Assembly: GCA_003602475.1 (NCBI GenBank)
Contig: QQSC01000015.1
Span: 46,313 to 110,312, forward strand
DNA: 64,000 bases
Direction: 5' to 3'
From: Candidatus Poseidoniales archaeon
GTDB lineage: Archaea > Thermoplasmatota > Poseidoniia > Poseidoniales > Poseidoniaceae
The first letter of the stretch is position 1. Each line of letters starts with the position of its first letter. The translations under genes and the position numbers were made by a program. A model generated the notes under the pieces. That model searched no databases, was not told the DNA's origin, and was given only the letters and a program-made list of their open reading frames with translations. Shown here piece by piece: positions 10,501 to 18,488 of this stretch.

Positions 10501-12465
10501 GATGACGCTCAACGTCAGTTTGCTGAGGCGTGGTTGACCATGATCCGAGAGATCGGTGCTGAACACGGCCACGATGTCTCCACCATTCACGCTCAGATGA
10601 ACACCCTTCGGGAACTCGACAGGGCAGGACCAAAAGCCATCAGTCCCGTCTCGACCGACGCCGTCCAGATCATGACCATTCACGGTTCGAAAGGCCTGCA
10701 GGCTCCGGTGGTGGTGGTCACCGGATTGTTCACCGCAGGCATTGCCGACGCCTCCATTTCGGTTCAGGACAACGTGCTCGTTACGCCTCAAGTGGTGGCC
10801 GGTCGCGTTCAGCCATGGCTGACACAAGAACGGCCGCTGGACGGCTTGTGGGCCTTTGCAACACAGATGAACAAAGCCCAAGACAAAGCTGAACTGCGAA
10901 GAAAGTTCTACGTCGCATTAACCCGAGTCAAAGACCGATTGATTCTCACCGGGTCCCCGGGGGACAGGACCAATTGGAACGCAACATCAGGCGATTTGGC
11001 GGTCAACATCAAGCCGGACGCGAGAACGATGGGCCACATGCTGTTCCTCGGTTTGCGAAGAGCGGCATGGGTGGCCGAGGCAACCGACGGGTTTTGGTTG
11101 CAGGGTGAAGAGGTTGGATGCGAGGTATTGCCACCGTACCAACCACGTCGCGACCCGGTTCCCTTCAATCCCGCTTTGATGCTCACCGATTCACCGTTGG
11201 GCGATGAAGGGGTCCAAGGATTGCGTGTCTACCATCATCCGAATTGCTTTGAGCACCCATCTCCGCCCTCGCCACAACAAACCATTGCAACGCTGGCGAA
11301 TGTTCTTCGCACCGTCGAAGCAGCGGTTCCAGAACCTGCCTTGGCTCTGACCTCAACGTCCGTTACCCTCAAAGGCGCCGCTCACCATCTTGATACCACG
11401 TCAACTTGTCCTCGGCGGTATTGGTTGGAGCACATCAAGGGCTGGTCGACCGAACCGTTTTGGCTTCCTGGAATGCCTCGACCTCCCAAACAACAGAAAG
11501 GATGGCCTGAGGCAACAACTTTCGGATTAATGATGCACAGGCTGTTGGAAATCGGGCTCCACAACCCTCGTCAACTCCATCCCAACTCCGCTCATCTTTC
11601 CAGATCTTGGATGCACGAAGGCCACGATCGCCTGACCAACAACTCGGCCATGGGTGAAGTGATGCATGAGTTTGGATTTGGATTCGAACAAGCGACGGGA
11701 ACGGATGAAGCTGTCTGGCGGGCCAGGTTGCATCATTTGGCCACCCTTGTCCAACGCGGGCGCCTTGGACAATACCTTGGAGGCGCCACCGTTGAGGGGT
11801 GGACCGTTGAGGCGTTGCGCACCGAATTGCCGTTTTTCCATCGTCATCCGATGACCATGGACCATCGAAATGAGGGCCCGTTCACCGCCCCATCCCACGT
11901 GACTTCTGTGGTGATGGAATTCAGCGGACGAGCAGATTTGGTGCTGGCACTTTCCAACGGAAAAGGTCCGGGAGCCCTCCAAGTGGTCGATCTAAAAACG
12001 AAAGGCTGCCTTTCCGGCTTCAACGAATCCGATCCAAGCAAAGGGCACCGCTTGCAAGCCATCGCCCCCGAGGTGACCGAACTCAGCCCTCTCAACGAAG
12101 CAGAAGCAGAGATGCTGGCTGAACACCGCCTTCAACTGACGCTGTACTCCATGGCCTTGGAGGCCATGGAACTTCAACGGCCACCTGAACAACGACGCAC
12201 CGTCTTGCCTCCCGCCATTTTGGTGGGTGCCAACGGCCGGATGGTGGCTTTGAGTGAAGACGAGTACGACCAGGCTCGCATCACGCTGGAAAACCATCTT
12301 CATTGGCGGGCCTTGATGCATTTAGAAGAGGACCCCACCGGCCCGGAACGGTTGCCACTTGAGGCCGATGCCTGCGGCATGTGCCCTTACCACCGGGGGC
12401 ATGTGCGGCGGTGTGGTCCAAAAGGCGAACCGTTGGGTTTGGGTCCGTTCACTTCTGACCCATGA
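7540..12465 (+). CDS. addA: AddA-like UvrD-family helicase-nuclease
   Basis: AGAGTGKTT, ITFTKKAAAEL, STIDAF, IIDEYQDT, VGDMKQSIYRFR, MTIHGSKGLQ, FYVALTR; nuclease GRADL/VDLKT/QLTLY; TCPRRYW and CGMCPYHRGHVRRC. Confidence 0.9.
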   Translation: MVRFNNSQRLGLDLDRHIALDAGAGTGKTTVMAERYVQHLIAHDQRATHVTPPGPRTPLSGLGALRAPQRERTGIDAWPGLLPAEVVAITFTKKAAAELKARIRVRLARSRAHAPTEDDTEGMFDPRLRSNADVEMLLSSLDEAPISTIDAFLHRLVQPYIDRVALYPAHDMVAEAQTPLMLNDALHTVWRVRSVEDAHEAGVLNHHQAFIDARNRLVTLLGGQQPAEVVLKGLMGRSLFVEQSHRSMIQRAERLGLPWNGRGPAPVALLLDLIAEPVADDVVPFVEELHATLGTWKDLFLAHHANCVAPSEAETHLTRFNHLVRMAQAPCPHQPGDALRWAWSLMMALASSSGLDRRPTSFFPRNNLPNADEWPSGLLSKSNVKGMSKGEKDDLYAIAQGFQDVLRDRLNSPLGSLVHLLSRAAFFLNPGDGLDGIPLTSPLRVEPLALPLTDQPPALGTYIDGALQTEVLSDLITIHRACHQILARRKSLDGLHDFDDLQRYAADVLLARCPDACRHLYPPEVIDVLDGLGDEPWSDAHITRALTLLSDQEPLREDLHRRFLILGEIRRQYRAFIIDEYQDTNPSHFRLLARLWGRRTRQSDDPMRPQGDWDPTVCIVGDMKQSIYRFRQAEVSVMRRAVAMIRTSNLLESGDTRLNHLQQEGHGRDPRPVGAGGEGGSFSNDHSITVSAPHSFVRLDIEDGETTPSIDGERLFRRQEGHIDLTSNHRTRANLMNTMNDVFDEVFDPVHHELPGDWHAESQRLRPARETEEGGVLEWLLPVQGDLGDVAADLDAPLNTFEDPNASAVHLEHELLAQRLSSLVNGDSTRVWNSTEASWTNVPETGPSVRPSDVMILVNSRRHLPDLVQRLRARGLPVMADRMGLLLTQPAVKPLQGLLTLMARPTSRLAAFTLARSPIVGMDEDATTACLQGMGPNENAWPHLIAHAPNAGVRMLLQRLRRLVERGAVYEVFDDVLDHSDLLVAHPDDAQRQFAEAWLTMIREIGAEHGHDVSTIHAQMNTLRELDRAGPKAISPVSTDAVQIMTIHGSKGLQAPVVVVTGLFTAGIADASISVQDNVLVTPQVVAGRVQPWLTQERPLDGLWAFATQMNKAQDKAELRRKFYVALTRVKDRLILTGSPGDRTNWNATSGDLAVNIKPDARTMGHMLFLGLRRAAWVAEATDGFWLQGEEVGCEVLPPYQPRRDPVPFNPALMLTDSPLGDEGVQGLRVYHHPNCFEHPSPPSPQQTIATLANVLRTVEAAVPEPALALTSTSVTLKGAAHHLDTTSTCPRRYWLEHIKGWSTEPFWLPGMPRPPKQQKGWPEATTFGLMMHRLLEIGLHNPRQLHPNSAHLSRSWMHEGHDRLTNNSAMGEVMHEFGFGFEQATGTDEAVWRARLHHLATLVQRGRLGQYLGGATVEGWTVEALRTELPFFHRHPMTMDHRNEGPFTAPSHVTSVVMEFSGRADLVLALSNGKGPGALQVVDLKTKGCLSGFNESDPSKGHRLQAIAPEVTELSPLNEAEAEMLAEHRLQLTLYSMALEAMELQRPPEQRRTVLPPAILVGANGRMVALSEDEYDQARITLENHLHWRALMHLEEDPTGPERLPLEADACGMCPYHRGHVRRCGPKGEPLGLGPFTSDP

Positions 12466-13063
12466 GCACCAACGTGCCGGACCAACCGTCCTTTTCCCCG
12501 GTCTGAAACGCTTCGACCTTGCGCAAGCCGGCCGCCTGGAAACCTTGCCGCCATTCGTCAATGGTGTGCATGGCCATGTGAACGTTGAGCGATGAAGACC
12601 AATCGTGACTGGCTTCGTTTTCAGCGTAGTGATCGATACCGATGACGATCCAACCATCTTCTTTGAGCCAATTGTTTCTCACCGATTTAAGAAACGACAT
12701 GGGGTCTTTGAGGTAATAGAGAAATTCCATGCTGTGCACGAGGTCCACCGGTTCATCGGGGGTCCATTCCGGTAGCATGGCGAGGGTGTAGGACCCCTCA
12801 GGGTCCACCGCTCTGGCCTTTTCAATCATGGTGCCGGCCCCGTCAACACCTGATGCATTTGCACAATTTGGATGAGCGCTGATTTTGCGAACAACCCAAC
12901 CGTTTCCACACCCCACATCGATGGCGGTGAATCCTTCATTCATGCCGGGTAGTACGGCTTCCAGCATGGTCATCACGCTGTTGCTGTGCCCTTTTTCCAT
13001 GCCTACATCTCGCCCGGAGGCGGCCCAGTCGCTGAACAAGTCCGTGGCTTTACGTTGGCTCAT
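12449..13063 (-). CDS. Class I SAM-dependent methyltransferase
   Basis: IDVGCGNG motif I, GVDG, DLVHSMEFLYY. Start chosen at 13063; the ORF extends to 13102. Confidence 0.85.
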   Translation of the reverse strand: MSQRKATDLFSDWAASGRDVGMEKGHSNSVMTMLEAVLPGMNEGFTAIDVGCGNGWVVRKISAHPNCANASGVDGAGTMIEKARAVDPEGSYTLAMLPEWTPDEPVDLVHSMEFLYYLKDPMSFLKSVRNNWLKEDGWIVIGIDHYAENEASHDWSSSLNVHMAMHTIDEWRQGFQAAGLRKVEAFQTGEKDGWSGTLVLMGQK

Positions 13064-13140
13064 GGGCGTGGCTAACCTGCTCTCTTCCATCAAGATGTTC
13101 ATGGGAAAGGAACATGGTTTTCCACGGCCGCCCTCGGGTC

Positions 13141-14103
13141 ATGCTTGACCTGTCCTCGACCTTGGATGATGTGCTCTACCCGCCCCATGAACCCCACACC
13201 ACAGGACGTCTTGCGGTGAGCGACCTTCACACCGTGGCTTGGGAAATGAGTGGCAACCCCGACGGCATCCCTGTGGTGGTCCTGCACGGAGGACCTGGAG
13301 GGGGAGGGCAGCCGTCTTACCGGCGATATTTCGATCCAGATGCATTCAACATCGTTCAATTCGATCAGCGCGGTTGCGGTTCATCCACCCCTCATGCAGA
13401 ATTAACCGACAACACAACCCACCACCTGGTTGAGGACATCGAACAGTTGCGAACTCACCTTGGCATTGAATCATGGCATGTCTTTGGCGGCTCGTGGGGT
13501 TCAACCCTGTCCCTCATCTACGCCCAGCACCATCCCAATCGCGTACGTTCATTGGTGCTTCGGGGTATTTTCATGTGCCGAAAGAGCGAACTTCGTTGGT
13601 TCTATCAGGACGGTGCGAGTCACCTTTTCCCCGATGCGTTTGAGCCCTACCGCGAGCACATTCCCGCGGAAGAACAGCACGATTTGATTTCAGCTTACTA
13701 TCAACGACTGACCAGTGAGGATGTCGACGTGCGAAGGGCTGCAGCCAAGGAATGGACGCGCTGGGAAATGGCCACGAGCCGATTGTTCCCAGACCCTTCT
13801 TATTTGGAAAAAGCAGAGGATCTTGACTTTGCGGTGGCTTTTGCTCGAATCGAATGCCACTATTTCATTAATGCGATTTTCGTAGAGGAGGCTCACATCC
13901 TTAATCGCGTTGAACGGCTCAAAGGCATTGACACGGTGATCGTTCAAGGGCGATACGACGTCGTTTGTCCTCCGAGGAGCGCATGGGAACTTCACAACGC
14001 CATGCCCGACAGTCGTTTGGTGATGGTGCCCGATGCCGGGCATTCCATGGGCGAAGTCAGCATCGCCCGTGAACTGGTCAAGGCCACCGATGCCTTGCGA
14101 TGA
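13141..14103 (+). CDS. pip: Proline iminopeptidase (S33)
   Basis: LHGGPG, FDQRGCG, GGSWG nucleophile, QGRYD, DAGH. Confidence 0.93.
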   Translation: MLDLSSTLDDVLYPPHEPHTTGRLAVSDLHTVAWEMSGNPDGIPVVVLHGGPGGGGQPSYRRYFDPDAFNIVQFDQRGCGSSTPHAELTDNTTHHLVEDIEQLRTHLGIESWHVFGGSWGSTLSLIYAQHHPNRVRSLVLRGIFMCRKSELRWFYQDGASHLFPDAFEPYREHIPAEEQHDLISAYYQRLTSEDVDVRRAAAKEWTRWEMATSRLFPDPSYLEKAEDLDFAVAFARIECHYFINAIFVEEAHILNRVERLKGIDTVIVQGRYDVVCPPRSAWELHNAMPDSRLVMVPDAGHSMGEVSIARELVKATDALR

Positions 14104-14199
14104 AGGGCCAGACCCCGCCCTGCTCGGGTCCTTTCAGGCGTCGGCTTGATAGGGAGGTGTGAACTCGCGGAGAATGGAGGCTTGCCTCCCGGTGATTCA

Positions 14200-14973
14200 A
14201 TGACAGAAGGGACCATCACACCAGACATTCGCATCAAGGAACTGGAAGAAGCCTTGTCCACCGAAACAGACCGTCTGCAGAAACTGTTCGCTGCTTACGA
14301 AACTCAGGAAAAGGAACTGGTCGATGCCCGTGCAGAGATTGAAGTTCTTGAGAAGGAAATCATTGACCGGGAAATTGAGAAAGAATCCTTGGAATCCATC
14401 ATCGTTGAGAAAGATGTACGCGTCCGAGAACTTGAGATGAAGGCAACCAAAGCCTCCAAGCGAGTCGAGCACATCGAACCTGAACTGGAAAAGATGGAAG
14501 AAAAGTATTCACGAGAGAAAGACCGACTGGGCAAGGTGTTTGGTATCGCCGAGGAATTGGACAACGACCTGCGAATGGCAGTGACAGAAATGAAGGCTCG
14601 TGACGATTGGTACGTCGACCACATGAAAATTTTCGAGGACCTTAACAAGGCCATCAAGGACCGTTATGACATGATTGAGCGGGCGGTTGAATCCGAACGA
14701 AAATCTCAACACATGGCTCGTGTGTTTGAAGAACGACTCGAAGAAATGGTCGAAGCCCGAACCCAAGAAGCCCAAGAAGAAGGGTCCAATTCAGTTGAAG
14801 AGGATGCACCTTCAGAGGACCCAACCGAGGCAACAGAGGAAGAAACGACTGAACCCGTCGAAGCCCCCGAAGCCCCCGAAACCACTGAAGAGGAAGACAC
14901 GCCCTCCGAAGAAGCAGAAGAATCTCAAGCAGCATGGGGCGATGAAGCCGACCCGTGGTCGTCAAACGAGTAG
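14200..14973 (+). CDS. Long coiled-coil protein with acidic disordered tail
   Basis: About 190 aa of E/K/R-rich heptads, then an E/P/T/A-rich tail ending WGDEADPWSSNE. GGTGA upstream of ATG 14200. Confidence 0.8.
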   Translation: MTEGTITPDIRIKELEEALSTETDRLQKLFAAYETQEKELVDARAEIEVLEKEIIDREIEKESLESIIVEKDVRVRELEMKATKASKRVEHIEPELEKMEEKYSREKDRLGKVFGIAEELDNDLRMAVTEMKARDDWYVDHMKIFEDLNKAIKDRYDMIERAVESERKSQHMARVFEERLEEMVEARTQEAQEEGSNSVEEDAPSEDPTEATEEETTEPVEAPEAPETTEEEDTPSEEAEESQAAWGDEADPWSSNE

Positions 14974-14981
14974 GTGAACGA

Positions 14982-15848
14982 ATGGGCTTGCTGGCCCCAG
15001 GCGGCCAAACACACGTGTTGATGTTGTCTGTCATGGGCATATCTGCCTTGTCGGTTGGCGCTCTTATCGACCCCGTAGCGGGTCTGATGCCCCTCATCGG
15101 CATCCTTTGCCTCATGTTCGCTTCGTTTGTGGCTTATTTTTGGCGAGATCCCGACCGACCCATCCCCCGCACACCCGGCATTCTCCTCTCACCTGCGGAT
15201 GGCCGTTTGATGTTTGTTGAACGCGAACGGGCGGTGGGTCGGCGACCGAGTGCTGCAGAATTGACGTCGGGAGCGGTGGAATCTGATCCTCACACCGGAG
15301 ATTGGACAACAACACCGCTGTCCGAGCCTCTGTCGTTTGCCACCGAACAACGGTACGAGTCCGTTCCAACGGGTGAAGAATCTCCAACAGATGTTTGGCG
15401 GGCTGCGGTTTTCATGTCGCCCTTGGATGTTCACGTCAACCGAGCACCAGAAGCCGGCGAATTGGAACGCATTGAATTGCGACGTGGCAAGGGTCGTCGG
15501 CGAGGGCCGTTTGTGCCGGCCATGAGAAAGGAGAGCGAATGGAACGAACGCGTTCGTTCGGTGTTCGTTCTTGAGGATGGAACTCGAATGGAAGTGACCC
15601 AAATCGCAGGCGCTCTGGCTCGCAGCATTGTGCCCTACCTCTTCGTGGGTCAACCGGTCCGTCGCGGCCAGAGAATTGGAATGATCCGTCTGGGCTCTCG
15701 TGTCGACCTCCGTGTTCCCGCAGACCGCTACAACCCTGCAGAATGCATCCCGGCCTCGGCGAAGCATCCCGACCATCAAAACGGCGAACAGGTGCTGGCA
15801 GGACGAACAATCCTTTTCCATGCGAGACCGGCGGACCAGGAGGAGTAA
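14982..15848 (+). CDS. psd: Phosphatidylserine/archaetidylserine decarboxylase proenzyme
   Basis: YFWRDPDR, SPADG, FMSPLDVHVNRAP, QIAG, IRLGSRVDL self-cleavage motif. Confidence 0.9.
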   Translation: MGLLAPGGQTHVLMLSVMGISALSVGALIDPVAGLMPLIGILCLMFASFVAYFWRDPDRPIPRTPGILLSPADGRLMFVERERAVGRRPSAAELTSGAVESDPHTGDWTTTPLSEPLSFATEQRYESVPTGEESPTDVWRAAVFMSPLDVHVNRAPEAGELERIELRRGKGRRRGPFVPAMRKESEWNERVRSVFVLEDGTRMEVTQIAGALARSIVPYLFVGQPVRRGQRIGMIRLGSRVDLRVPADRYNPAECIPASAKHPDHQNGEQVLAGRTILFHARPADQEE

Positions 15849-15850
15849 CC

Positions 15851-16918
15851 ATGTGGAAACGCTCCGTACCCGCCTTTCTTGTCCTGTTGCTGGTCAGCGC
15901 TCCGATGCTGTATTTTCAAGCCGGCAATTTGGTGTACAGCCAAGCAGCAGCCAGCAGTCCCGATTGTTCGGGCCACGCCGAGCGCAATTCACCTGACCGT
16001 TTCAGCGTGGAGTTGTGGCACGAGGACGTCAACGTCGTGACCCATGCAAAAAACGAAACCTTGGCCGATGACTTGGAGCATCTTTGGTTTGAGTCGTGGG
16101 ACAATGCGACCATTGAGGTGCCTAACGAATCCATTGAACTCGCTGCTTGGATCATGGAGAACAACGCATCCAGCCCTTGGGTCATCGTTGTTCATGGGAT
16201 TCGCTCGTGCAAGGCCAATCACGAAGTCCTTATTCCAGCGGCATGGCTTCATCAAGCCGGGTACAACGTGATCCTCTTTGACATGCGGGACCATGGTGAA
16301 AGCACGGTTGAAGACGGTTTGGTGTCTGCCGGTCAACGGGAACATCGCGATGTACTGGCTGTTTGGCAGTGGTTGCAAGACACCAAGGGTGCTCAACCAG
16401 AACACATCGGTGCGGTAGGCATCTCGATGGGTGCGGGCGCTGTGTCCATCGCTTTTGAGCAAGAGCCGCTGCTCCAATCCGTGTTCCTTGAGTCGCCGTA
16501 TTCTTCCATGGGCAACATCATCGAAGAGGAATTGGTGTTTGCCGGTTTCCCAGTTTTTCTCAAGGACGCCGCTCTCTTCGCTGGCAAGGTTTCTTCGGGT
16601 GACAATTTGGTGAAGTACGAACCGATCGAGGCGATGGATGTCGTGGGGGAACGCTCCGTGTTTGTGACCCACTCCCTCGAGGACATCCGCATCAACACCT
16701 ACCACGGGGAGTTGATGTGCGAGACCGCCCGAGCCAGCGTTGACGTCAACGGAACGGTGGACTGCTGGTTTGCCTCATCGGCGGTTTCTCACAGCGACGG
16801 CGACAAGGAAGGCGTGTTGTCCCACATCACGTTGATGTTGACGCAACCCGACGCTTATCGGGACCGACTTGTCAATTTCTTCGGAACCAGCATTGGCTCC
16901 CCGGATGCGGTGGTTTGA
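15851..16918 (+). CDS. Exported alpha/beta hydrolase
   Basis: N-terminal TM/signal, VVHG, FDMRDHGES, GISMG nucleophile. Confidence 0.85.
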   Translation: MWKRSVPAFLVLLLVSAPMLYFQAGNLVYSQAAASSPDCSGHAERNSPDRFSVELWHEDVNVVTHAKNETLADDLEHLWFESWDNATIEVPNESIELAAWIMENNASSPWVIVVHGIRSCKANHEVLIPAAWLHQAGYNVILFDMRDHGESTVEDGLVSAGQREHRDVLAVWQWLQDTKGAQPEHIGAVGISMGAGAVSIAFEQEPLLQSVFLESPYSSMGNIIEEELVFAGFPVFLKDAALFAGKVSSGDNLVKYEPIEAMDVVGERSVFVTHSLEDIRINTYHGELMCETARASVDVNGTVDCWFASSAVSHSDGDKEGVLSHITLMLTQPDAYRDRLVNFFGTSIGSPDAVV

Positions 16919-16952
16919 AACCCACCATGCTCACGACCAAGCAGGGACGACC

Positions 16953-18104
16953 ATGACGACGCCAATCAACACCCGTTTGCTTGGTTCGGGAGGCAAAGGT
17001 CTCCGCATCCACGACCTGGTCAAAGCTCCAGCGAACACACCGTGGGCCGTTGCCAAACAACAATCCTGGGACGCCAGCGAACCCGCAACGGTCTACACGA
17101 CACCCGAGGTTCGATGGGACAGTGAGCCGTGTTCCGCAGTGACGGTCATCCTTCGAACCAAGGGGTGCCACTGGTGGTGGTCATCGGGTTGCACCTTTTG
17201 CGGATACTTCAACGACACTCGAGACGATGTATCCAACGATGATTTGCACGCTCAATGGGCCCATGCTTTGGAGAAGTTTGACGATTTTGCAGACCATGAT
17301 ATGGTCAAGGTGTACACCTCCGGCAGTCTTCTTGAGGACCGAGAAATACCAGTGGCGTTCCAAGAGACCGTTCTTGCAGATTGTGCACGCCTGGGCAAGG
17401 AATTGGTCGTCGAGAGTCGCTGCGAGCAACTGACGGAAGAGAAACTCGCATGGGCCACTTCAGTGAATCCCCATTTCACCGTTGCCATTGGCCTTGAGGC
17501 CTACGACGACGAAGTGTTGAGGTTCCACGTGAACAAAGGGTTCACCACCTCATCTTGGGAGCGCGCTGTGGACCAATTGCAAGCCTTCAACCTCCGGGTT
17601 AAGACGTACTTGATGTTCAAACCCCCGTTCATGTCAGAGGCGGACGCCTTGGATCACAGCATCAACTGGATTGACGCCGTGGCCGACCGTTCCGACGAGA
17701 TCTCTGTCAACCCGATGAACATCCAACGCGGCACCGTCATTGATCGATTGCACCGTCACAACGAATACCGTCCACCGTGGTTGTGGTCGTTGGTGTCCAT
17801 GATCAAACAAAGTCACGCTTTGATTCATGCCGAACCCACCCGTCCACGCACCCGCCTTATCGTCCACCCAACGGCCGGTGGAAAAATCCGTGGCTCCCAC
17901 AATTGTGGCTCCTGCGACAGTGAAGTTGTGGCGGCCATCGAACGCTACGCAGTATCTGCCGATTTGATGGAGTTTGAGGGGTTGGACTGCGACTGCCGTT
18001 CCGTATGGGAGGCCGAACTTCGCAACGATCGGGCCCTCCCGGTGCCGCTCGGGGTGTCCAAACCCCGACGAGGCCAAGCAATTGATATCTTACGCTCACC
18101 ATAA
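16953..18104 (+). CDS. Archaeosine-biosynthesis radical SAM protein RaSEA (TIGR01210-like)
   Basis: ILRTKGCHWWWSSGCTFCGY, KVYTSGS, VESR, YLMFKPPF, YRPPWLWS, RGSHNCGSCD. Confidence 0.85.
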   Translation: MTTPINTRLLGSGGKGLRIHDLVKAPANTPWAVAKQQSWDASEPATVYTTPEVRWDSEPCSAVTVILRTKGCHWWWSSGCTFCGYFNDTRDDVSNDDLHAQWAHALEKFDDFADHDMVKVYTSGSLLEDREIPVAFQETVLADCARLGKELVVESRCEQLTEEKLAWATSVNPHFTVAIGLEAYDDEVLRFHVNKGFTTSSWERAVDQLQAFNLRVKTYLMFKPPFMSEADALDHSINWIDAVADRSDEISVNPMNIQRGTVIDRLHRHNEYRPPWLWSLVSMIKQSHALIHAEPTRPRTRLIVHPTAGGKIRGSHNCGSCDSEVVAAIERYAVSADLMEFEGLDCDCRSVWEAELRNDRALPVPLGVSKPRRGQAIDILRSP

Positions 18105-18206
18105 TGCGCATTCAGTGAGCGTATTCTCTCCATTCATGTGGTGAATCTTTATCATCGCTCCACCGGTGGCGAGGGTTGTCCCTAAGGGGCAAGTTCTGGT
18201 GTTGGC

Positions 18207-18479
18207 ATGTCAAAATCTTCTGCTCTTCCTGATACCATGGTCGGAACCGGTGAACCATCGGCAAGCCGCGTGGTTATGTCGCTGATGTTCATCGGTATTC
18301 TCGGCCTCTACTCACTCTTTTCCAACGTGTTTGGTTGGGACAACCTCCCCGTGTTGGGCGAACTGGTGCCCCTTGTCCAAAACCTCGGTTCAGGTGGCAT
18401 CTGGTACTACCTCATCGGCTTCTTGGTTGGAATCGGCGCCATTGTGGCCACCCTCGTGGGCGAGGTGCTCGCAGAATAA
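18207..18479 (+). CDS. Small two-TM membrane protein
   Basis: 90 aa, two hydrophobic helices; 9 nt before the next gene, which has a GGAGGTG RBS. Confidence 0.75.
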   Translation: MSKSSALPDTMVGTGEPSASRVVMSLMFIGILGLYSLFSNVFGWDNLPVLGELVPLVQNLGSGGIWYYLIGFLVGIGAIVATLVGEVLAE

Positions 18480-18488
18480 GGAGGTGGA

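Noticed and set aside
14859-14880. Short tandem repeat GAAGCCCCC x2
   Set aside because: Encodes EAPEAPE in a low-complexity tail; not a DNA-level element.
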